Assembly (NCBI RefSeq): GCF_036321535.1
Contig: NC_087436.1
Span: 37,822,001-37,886,000, forward strand
DNA from: Camelus dromedarius
Taxonomy: Eukaryota
Length of the DNA: 64,000 bases
Direction: 5' to 3'
The notes beneath the pieces were generated by a model, which had not been told where the DNA came from, did no database searches, and saw nothing but the letters and a program-made list of their open reading frames with translations. Within the stretch, counting starts at the first letter, position 1. Every line of letters starts with the position of its first letter. Below are positions 54,951-64,000 of this stretch, piece by piece. The translations under genes and the position numbers were made by a program.

Positions 54951-56944
54951 TTTGGAAGTTTTAAGATTAATGGCATCTTCTGTATATTCTTACTATTTTT
55001 ATTACTTGAATCTGTCCAACTTTGAAAGATATTTTAAAGTCACTCACTCTAGTTCTTGCATTTCTGATATTTTTATGCTGCTGGTTTCTCGCTGCCCTAT
55101 GTTCTTCATATATATACTTTATATCATTACATAATGTTCTGCTTTATTCTGTTCAGTGCATTCAGCCGTTAACTTAACCTTATCTGATATTGACCCTATT
55201 GCCTTTCTTTTCTTTGCTTTTATCGTTATATCTTCATCTACACATTTTAATTTATTTTTATCATTTTCTTTTGTCTTTTTTGTAATCATATATAGATAGG
55301 TTACATTTCATAAAACAGTATTACAGTCTCTCATTTAATGAGAACATTTAACTCTTTCACGTTAGTGTAATGGCTGATATAATTGACTTTATTCTTGTCA
55401 TCTTTCTTTATGTTTATATTGTTGTAACTTACTCTTAATTTTTCTTATTTTTGCTGTCTGTTCAAGTCACTGTTCATTCCTCTCCCCCTCTTCTTACTTT
55501 GTTAGTTCTACTCCTCTTTTTCTGTAATAATTTACTTACTCTTCCCTTCTTTCATAATCAGATGCACATGATTTTTTAATTTGCTAGCTGGAGCTCAGCC
55601 ATTTTCTCCACAACAACATACAGTTTCTTCCATAATATATTCATTTCTCTATTTCTTCCCTCTTCACCTTTCTTCCTGCCACTGCCCACTGCTCCCCCCC
55701 CACCTCCACCGGCCATGCAACTTTGGGGATGCTTTTATCTTCCTGCCTTTCTTTCCCGCAAAATCCTGAGTTTTGATGCAGTGGTGTGTTACTTACATCC
55801 CTTGTTGTGAAAGTATGTCCTTTGTTATTTCAAGAGTTGTTATTTAGCTTGTGTATTCTACATATCCAGTTAGTTGTCTTACATTAATTTTGTGTGTGTA
55901 TGCACTGGGTATTCATTTTCTTCACTAATTTTTGTCCTTTGTTCTGATTCATTTGTTAAATTAGAGACTTTTTGCAGCTCTTTTTCTCATTAAATCTTGT
56001 GGATAATATTCTCTCTGAATCTGTGTATATCATCAAGTGACTCTCCTTCCCATCTGACTGTAAAGGATTTCCTGACTGGGTAAGTGATTCTCAGGTTGTT
56101 TTATTCATCTTTCAATTTATTCTCTAAAAGTATTTGACTGGGAAATTATGTTTTTTCACTCTTAAAAATTTTTTTGAGTGCTATACTTGAATCTCCTTAA
56201 ATCCCCTTATGTAATTGACATATTCCTTTTAATTAAAGTAATCCATCGCCTGCAGAAGTCCTTTTTTACAGGGTAGGAATTTAATTTTTCTACTTGGTCT
56301 GTAGGCAACTGGGCCTCTTTGTATAGGCAGTTTGCCTTGTTCGCTTTATTGAAGCCCAAGGTTGGTTATTGGAGAACCCTCTGTGCTACCAGCCCTGCCC
56401 TTAAGCAGAGCGGCCTCTATTGCCTTGGGCCTGCAGTGGCAGATAGACTGTCAATGCCCTGCCTGTTGGCTCTCTGGTCTCCTTGCACTTCCCTAGGCTG
56501 CAAGGATAGGAAGGACTGAGAGCTGTGGCCCTGGCCTTCTCTGACTTTCAGGTTCTTCTCAGGATGCCCTGCTTTCCAGTCCTCAGCACTGGCTTTTCTG
56601 CTATTTTCCAGTTTGTTACTCAGCCCACTTGAAAGAATGTCTTACAGCAGTTCTGTGCCAGAACTTAAGGCTTCACTCATAGGCAGTTGCCTGTACATGC
56701 TAGCAGTAGTTGTTTTGCTCACGAGAAGCAAGTAGCTTAGAGCTGGGGTTAAAGGAAAAAGTATCACATTCAGGTCACTGTATCCCAGAATCACTTCTCT
56801 GTCACAACTTTCCTCCATTTCACAATTCATATTTATTTTATAACTGATGCAATTCATAAAGAATAATTTTGATATATTCTGGGCACTAGTGCATTTTCTT
56901 TCTTTTCTTTTTTTTTTTTTTTTTTTTTTTTGCTTGATGTTAGC

Positions 56945-57352
56945 TGTATCAGCTCAGAGCAACAGAGACAACTGCAGCTATCTAAACCTCTAGGTATTCT
57001 CCCTATAACAAGGTGGGCATTTGCTGCTGTCAGTTCAGTGACTCATAATGTCAGGGTGGAAGTCTTTGCAATTCTCTTGGCCTCAAAATGGCTGCTTTAG
57101 CCCCATCTATCATGCTCTTATTCCAGGAGTGGAGAAAGAGGAAGTAACCTGCAGCTGACTTAGCTCTCATTTAAGAGCCTTTGTGGTAGGTTCTTACAAT
57201 GATTTCTAGCTTCTAGGTTGTTAGCTCTCCTCTCTATCTAACTGGGGGACTGGTAAATGTAGTTTTTCTACCTGGATACATGAGTACTCTCAACAAGGTC
57301 AGCGTTGTGCTGCTAAGGAGAATGCGTATAGGGAGGCAACTTGTCTGTACCT
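56945..57352 (-). mobile_element. MLT1J-like MaLR LTR
   Basis: cctcaaaatggctgctttagcccc..catgctcttattccagg..ctaactgggggactggtaaatgtagttt..ctgctaaggagaatg..gggaggcaac. Confidence 0.65.
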
Positions 57353-57589
57353 AGGCAGTCATAGAAGGGAAAGAAGATTGGATATTTTTCGTATTGAACT
57401 TTTTAGCAATGAACTTTATTGATGGCCCTATTGTACTGCAAGGGCACACACACGCACAGTAGTTTAATACTGAAATATAATTATGTTCCAAGTGGGGACT
57501 CTACACTCCTTCTGTGAAAAACATCATTATTTCACATACAAATGATTCAACTGCAGATTGATTCACTTTAATATAATTTATTTCATCTC

Positions 57590-58935
57590 TATGTATATAT
57601 ATTTTTATTTCCTGAACCATTTCAAAGTAAATTACAGACATTATGATGATTTATTGTTCCATATTTCAGCATAAGGACATTCTCCTAAATAGCCATACTA
57701 TCATTGTAACATCCAACAAAAATAAATGATTTTCTAATATCTTCTAATTCTCGCCCACTTTCAAATTACTCCAATTGCCTCCAAAATGTTTTCATAGCTG
57801 TTTATTTTTGAACCAGGATCCTCAAGGACCACCTATTACACTTGGTTGTGTCTATTAAATTGCTTCTAACAGTCTTCCTCTTCCCAGTATCTCTCTCTCT
57901 TCATTCTCTCTTTTTAAATAGTAGTTACTTTCTGAAGACATCAGGTTAATTGTAGAGTATCTCACAATCTGAATTTATCTGATTGTTTACCCAAGGCACA
58001 TCATTTTATGTGTTTCTTATCTTCTGTATTTCTTCTAACCTGAGAGTTAGATACAGATTATTTTACTTTTTTAAAAACACACCGACATTGCATAGTACAC
58101 ACTTCTCCCCACCCTCAGGATACTTTGTACATTGCAGAACATCGTGCGGTTTTGGCAGCGAGAGGCAGGATGGCACCTAGGAAGCATCCACCTCCCTCTC
58201 TTACGTGTTGTATCCGTGTGCTCTCCTCCTTGGTAGCAGGACCTGCCCAGGTGCTGGGTGAGAGACAGGACAGCGTGGAGAGGGCTCCCTATGTTCACCT
58301 GCCCGTTCACCTCTAGAGGTGCCTGGAGAGTTCGGCAAACACCCCCATCACATCCCTCTGGTGGATGCTGAAGGATGAAGGGCTGGAATGGTTAACTTCA
58401 CACTGCTTTAGAGCAAAGGGTATGTAATATCTAGTTTTCCCCTTAGTAATGCCAACACTGGGTTCACGTAATTTTTCCACTGTAAATGTACTTTGTGCTT
58501 AACCAGTAACCTGTGAGCTAGTATCTATTTTACTATCAACCTTTGGCCTAATGGTTTTAAGGATCATCCATTGATGATCCTTGCCTGAATCAGCTATATT
58601 ATTAGGGATTTCCAAATGATGATTCCCTTGACTATTCCTCCTTTATTTATAAGTTAGCATTCCTCTGTAAAGAAGAGTTTCCTTAATCATCTGCTACTGT
58701 CTGCTTAGTCTGATCTGGCATTATTATTGAAAAAGTAGGACAAAATGCTTGGTTTTCTCTCTTCATTAATTTTAGTAATCTTTAATGATGGCAAATGAGG
58801 CTTTTAAAAAATTCTTTTTTTTCCTCTCCAGCAGTCACTATGGACTTCAGAATTTGTTTAAGTGTTTTAATCAATTACACTCTTATTTTCTCTGATTCTC
58901 AAATTGTTCTAAATTTGGTCTGTGGAAGCTCTTTC
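57590..58935 (-). mobile_element. L1MC4-like 3' end
   Basis: cctgaaccatttcaaagtaaattacagacat..aaggacattctcctaaatagcca..aaccaggatcc..cctaatggttttaa..ccattgatgatccttgcctgaatc. Confidence 0.75.
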
Positions 58936-58944
58936 TAATAGGAG

Positions 58945-59120
58945 TTGAGACCTGGAAGGAATCTTAGAAATCAGCTAATCCAAGTCCCTAAGTTTTATAG
59001 GTGAGGGAACTGAAGCTCAGAAGTTGGTGACATCCTAATGTGTCACAGATACTTAGTGGCAGAGCAAGGATTCGGATCCAGGTCTCTGGAGGCCTCAGCT
59101 AGTGCTTTTACCACTATGTT
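58945..59120 (-). mobile_element. MIR
   Basis: ttttataggtgagggaactgaagctcagaag..gtcacagatacttagtggcagagcaaggattcggatccaggtctc. Confidence 0.8.
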
Positions 59121-59334
59121 AAGAGAGACATCTTCAGTAAATCTTGCTTTCAACTTCTTGCTAATAGTATTTATCGCAATGAGAGACAATGGCCCACATG
59201 TTTGCAGTCGTACATTTTTTATTTAAAGTTATTGTCTAGTCCAGTGGGTCCCAAATTCTGCTTTGTTCAGGGACAGTAAAGAAGTGCCATGGTAGGCTCG
59301 GGATTGAGCCAGTCTGAGAGTTGAGTTTGACTTG

Positions 59335-59545
59335 GACAGTTTGGGGTCTACAGGTTGAATTTGTCCTATGGTCACATTTTATTTGATCTGCACAGAATTT
59401 TGAAAACATGAAATTCGTTGTCAGTATAAAATAGTAGTGATTTCACATACAAATTTGAGTTGTCAGTGTGTCCTTGACATGTTTGTTGTCTGATGTTGTG
59501 TTGCTTTCCTCCCTAACCTCGTAAGCATTTGACGTAGTAACTCTT
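59335..59545 (+). mobile_element. MER102-like hAT-Charlie MITE fragment
   Basis: ttttatttgatctgcacagaattttg..gttgtcagtataaaatagtagtgatttcacatacaaat resembles recalled MER102. Confidence 0.45.
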
Positions 59546-59821
59546 TAGTTAAAGTGAAGAATTCTAGGAAGGTTTCTTGCAATGAAGTTGCAGACTGAAG
59601 GTAGTATTAGTGATGCAGACACACGTGAACAGCAAGAAGGTGGTAGACCTGAGAGCTTTCCTGCTGCCAAAGCACAGAAAGTAAAACCGATGACGACAGG
59701 AAGTCAGCTGGAAAATTTGGGGTTTTCAAGAAGATAGTTCGAAATGTTGGTTTCCTTCCTGTCATTAATTATGAACCTCACCTCGAGTGTTTAATATGCT
59801 CGTGCACATGTATATGTATAT

Positions 59822-59901
59822 TTTAATGAATCCTATGAAAAAATTTTCATTTTTGTAGGTCAAAAATGGTCAGATATTGGCAGTTTCATGTGGTTCAACT
59901 A
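59822..59901. mobile_element. MADE2 mariner-derived MITE
   Basis: tttttgtaggtcaaaaatggtcagatattggcagtttcatgtggttcaact matches the recalled ~80-bp palindromic MADE2. Confidence 0.8.
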
Positions 59902-60433
59902 AAAGAAAAAAGTAACACATAATGTGGGGTGAGTGCCCTAAATCTTCCTTTCGTAGGTGTGTTACGCAAGCAGATTTGAAGCTTGCTGAAATCGGAGAGG
60001 TTTCCTTAGGTTAGGCATTCCATAGAAATGGTTAGTGAATAAAGCAATGGATATATTAAAATTATGATTGTAAGAAAGTGCTGTTTGTGTAGTAGAAACA
60101 ACAATGAATAAAGAGTTGTAGAAGGGAGTAGGTGGCAGGTGCTGGGGTCCTTAGAGGAAGGCTTCCAAGTGGGAGTGGGTCTAGTAATATAAAATCTTCA
60201 TCAAACACCACATATAAATTGTTTTAATTATCTGCACTTTTTCTTACCACAATTGTGTGGATAATTAAGAGTTCACTATATTTTTATAATCTTGCATCCA
60301 CAGAAACCCAAGTTTATTTGATCACATCATTTTAATACACTCACTAGTATACTTTCCAATGTACTGCCAAGGAAGGCAGTTTTACCAAATCCAGAGGGCT
60401 AAATATACTTATAAAATTACCTCCTCTGTACTC

Positions 60434-60561
60434 TTTGTTTTTATTTTTTGGAGGGAGGAGATAATTAGATTTATTTATCTATTTGGTGGAGGTACTGGGG
60501 ATTGAACCCAGGACCTTGCGCATGCTAAGCATATGCTCTACCACTGAGCTATACCCTCCCC
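60434..60561 (-). mobile_element. Vic-1-like SINE (intronic, antisense)
   Basis: ggaggtactggggattgaacccaggaccttgcgcatgctaagcatatgctctaccactgagctataccctcccc. Confidence 0.93.
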
Positions 60562-60597
60562 TAACTCAGCCAGACCCTTCTTCCTATGTTGTAGTGT

Positions 60598-61032
60598 CAG
60601 TGTTTTTCAAACTGAATTGCAACCCATTGGTAAGTTGTGAAATTAACTTTATTGGGTCAAAACTAGTATCTTTTTAAAAGTAAAGTAAAATAGAGTAGAA
60701 AATATCGAATACATGTACAGAGTAAGTGTAGGATAATTTAAAGAAATTTACATTTTAGTTTTATATGTGTATGTTTCTGAGGACAGCTGACCTTTGAACA
60801 TAGTGGGGGTTAATCCATGCATAATTTATAGTTGGCTCTCAGTATTTTCAATTCTTCCACATCCCTGCAGTCAACCCACCAGGGTGGTGTAGTTAAAATA
60901 CCTGCATATAAGTGGACCCACATAGTTCAAACCCGTGTTGTTTAAGGGTCAACTGTATCTATGTGAATATGCTAGGCTGCAATGCAATATATATTTCTTA
61001 CCATGGGCTGAGGACAAAAATCAAAAGCCGTA
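60598..61032. mobile_element. hAT-Charlie MITE interrupted by a Tigger2-type element
   Basis: cagtgtttttcaaactg..caacccattgg..gtgaaattaac; resumes after the insert with tatttcttaccatgggc..aaaaatcaaaagcc. Confidence 0.6.
60784..60955 (-). mobile_element. Tigger2a-like MITE
   Basis: Terminal inverted repeats cagctgacctttgaaca ... tgtttaagggtcaactg followed by TA; internal ataagtggacccacatagttcaaacccgtgttg. Confidence 0.85.
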
Positions 61033-61639
61033 TTTATTACAGTTTGGTAGTTTGCGTTTATGATAGAGTGATTGCTTTCTATTAATAGCAGGGCTTTAAG
61101 GTCTCAGTTCTGATTCTTATTTTGAATTTTCAAAGCTGTATATCCTTTAATAATCTTACTAGGCCTGCATCCAACGAGGCTTTTTTCCCTGATCCCAGTG
61201 CATTTATTTGGGTTTCCATTCCTTCCTTTTCAGTCCTTTGAACACTGCTGAATTGATCAATTCAATTTTCTATTTCCTCCAAATGTGTACTGCAGAGAAG
61301 GACTGACTGGCATGGGTAGATCAGTTGCAGTGGGTTGTGTGTACTGAGATGATTACCTTCTGCATTAGTTGACAAAGGCTAAATTCATGAGAAAGTGGAG
61401 TGAAAAGTTGAACTATATATGCCTTAATGCCAAATCCTCAAATTTATTAACAAGAACATGCTTTATTTTTTGGTCTTCTTCTGGACTGGATTTAACATCA
61501 GTTTCTTCATTCAATTCAGCAGTCAGTGCATTGTGGGCACGGCACGGCCTGAGTAATTGCTAAACGTGGTCAGTGGGAAGTTGGCAGAGAGGCCCCAGCC
61601 TCCTGGGCACCAGGTCGTTCTGTTACTTGTCAGGGTTCT

Positions 61640-61850
61640 GAGTGGTGACGTGGTTAAGTGGACACGGCCTGAGCTCTCTACTCACAATAAGCCACTGGTT
61701 TCCAGCCCTTTCTCTGATCTTTGCTGGGTGATAGACCATCATCAAGCAAGTTGTTTCAACTCTTGAGTCTCAGTTTATTTACTGTTAAATGGGGGATTCC
61801 CACATTGGGTTATTTGGTGTGTGGCACATAGTAATTGAGTCCCTGTTAAT
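61640..61850 (+). mobile_element. MIR
   Basis: gtgacgtggttaag..gcaagttgtttcaactcttgagtctcagtttatttactgttaaatgggg..tggcacatagtaa. Confidence 0.65.
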
Positions 61851-62698
61851 TTCCCTCCCCTCTTCTTTCATTTCTTATACAGCTTTTCTTAAGTGACATT
61901 AATACCAGTGAGGTCCCATGTTGAAGGAAGAAGTGATGACCTTTTAAAGATAATCATCTGTGGGGCTGTTGTGTCTGCCGGAGAGGGGATGCTGTGTGCC
62001 AGTTTCAGCATGGAAGGACTGAGAAGCAGAGCGGTCCCCAGCCTGTCTGAAATGTGCTCGATAAACATTATCAGTATCAGTAACTCCATGTTATAAACAG
62101 CAGTCTCCCTGTTTCTTTGGTGTACTGGTGCTTGAGTGATTGAGGATTATAGTCTTGATTTCAGGGATCTCTGTAGCTATTTACTGTCCCCCAGGTAACA
62201 GTAAAGAACAGGTCTTCTCGGCTCTGCCATTATTTGTGACTTCTCAGAACTTCTTTTCTTTATCTGTACAATGGGAGGTTGCATTAACTAGTTGTAATGG
62301 CTTTAAGCTTTAACATTTGACTATTGCCAGGAGTTGGGTTTTCTGTTGTTCATTAAGTAATTTATATTCCTTGAAACATTGTTTTGGTGGTTATTTTCCC
62401 CCCAAATAATGTTCGTCAGAAGTTCCCCTGGATATTTTGTTGGGTTTTTTCCCTCCACCTCCTTGTGAAGGGAAGGGCTCTACTGTGGAATGGTCACAGG
62501 CAGGTTTGGAGGAGGCTCTCAAAGGCATGAGCGACCCTGTCTCCTCTCTGCGTACATTTCTACAGAACATCTGGCTGCACAAGCCTGGCCCCACTCCCTC
62601 TGCCTCTCCAGTCTCTGCTTTGGTTGCCTTAGTTGAGAAAACAGTGTTGCTTACCCATAGGCCCCTCCCTGCAGGGGCCAGCCGCTCCTGGTATGCAC

Positions 62699-62851
62699 CA
62701 GCGGTTCTCACCTGGGAACTTGCCCAAATGCAGCTCCCCACATCCCACTCCCAGAGAGTCTGATTTTAATAAGTACAGGACTCCAAATTTGAAACAAGCG
62801 CCGCTGGTGGATCTCACGCTGGTGATTCCAAGCACGCACTTTGAGAAACCT
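62699..62851. mobile_element. MER5A-family hAT MITE
   Basis: cagcggttctca..aaatgcagctcccc..cccagagagtctgattt..gcactttgagaaacc. Confidence 0.7.
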
Positions 62852-63338
62852 CGATTTGTCGTGTGCCCCCTTTGAAAGACTGGCAGGAGAATTTAAACTT
62901 TATTTATGAACAGTCTTCCTCTGAGAATGGCAGACCTACTTCTTTCTTGTTCATAATTGGGATGAATTTATGATTTTTATGGAAACCAGGTGATTTTCTG
63001 CCTGGTGGGCTTGTCTCTCAAGTCAGGCAGGACTCAGTGCTTGTCATTTTAACACCATGTGCCAGGGGCTGCAGAGGTTTGAAACATATGATGTTCAGAA
63101 CCTTGTCAGAATTTAAATGTTGAGCAGTTTAACCCTTTTATGTTGGCTCCTGTGTTGGGGATTCAGGCTGTTCAACCGGAAGTTGATTAAGTTGGATTTT
63201 AAATATGTAAATACTTTGTGTTGGGTAAATTAGTTAATGTTTTAAATGTATCTCAATCATTGGGCATGAAGATTTGAAGAAAAAAATTTTTCCAGGGAGT
63301 AATAATAGTTTATTTTAGTAACTTGATTATAATACTAA

Positions 63339-63461
<123 letters not shown>

Positions 63462-64000
63462 TGACTGTTGTTTTAAATATTTAAAATATGTTTAATTGCA
63501 TTTATAAGGCTAAGTTAATAGATATTGATTCCAGTTGACTAGGCATTGAAACGTTCCGATTTTAAGGAATCTGAGTACCTTGAAAGTTTAGCATTTAAAA
63601 AAATACTATTGAAATACCTTACTAGACAATTATTTTAAAACCCTGCAGTTTATATAGTTCATCACTGAAAAGAAGTTTTTCGTGCATGTGGATGTTTGGA
63701 TTTCAAAATAAGCATATTGTCTTTATGGATTTAGAATTTGATTTCTGTAAATGAAATTCCACTTTTCCTTTAACTTTTATTTCCCAGTTGTAATTCTAAT
63801 TGCATAGAGCTCCGTGTTGGAATGAAAATCCCAGCTTAAAATGTACTTTACCTTTAAAAAAATATATTTAAAGAGCTGTGACACCATAGGTAGTCTTTTA
63901 TAATCTAAAAATCTCTCTAATGCAGGAATTTGTATATGCAAATGTGCATCTGTAGAGCATGAGAATTTTCATCCTAGTTTATGCCAACCATTTTCATTAC

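Overview
Mammalian genomic DNA, most likely a camelid: five copies of a tRNA-derived SINE match my recollection of the camelid Vic-1 family. The only gene I can support is the 5' end of PRDM5 on the + strand. It comprises a CpG-island promoter (~43960-45010), coding exon 1 (44428-44520, [31 protein letters not shown]), an 18.8-kb intron 1 and coding exon 2 (63369-63452, [28 protein letters not shown]), i.e. the start of the PR/SET domain; the gene continues beyond the window. The upstream ~44 kb is intergenic. Both it and intron 1 are dominated by transposable-element relics: L1, L2, MIR, SINEs, ERV1/ERVL/MaLR LTRs, and hAT and TcMar DNA transposons, several nested with readable target-site duplications (TSDs). 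Nearly all entries in the ORF track are spurious or TE remnants. I found no convincing novel biological system. The best leads are regulatory or evolutionary: two uORFs in the putative PRDM5 leader, a solo LTR with a dense CCAAT/octamer array, a frame-preserving PR-domain exon with a weak acceptor, and several multi-level TE nests. Repeat family names come from recalled consensus sequences, not a database search; repeat boundaries without TSDs are approximate.
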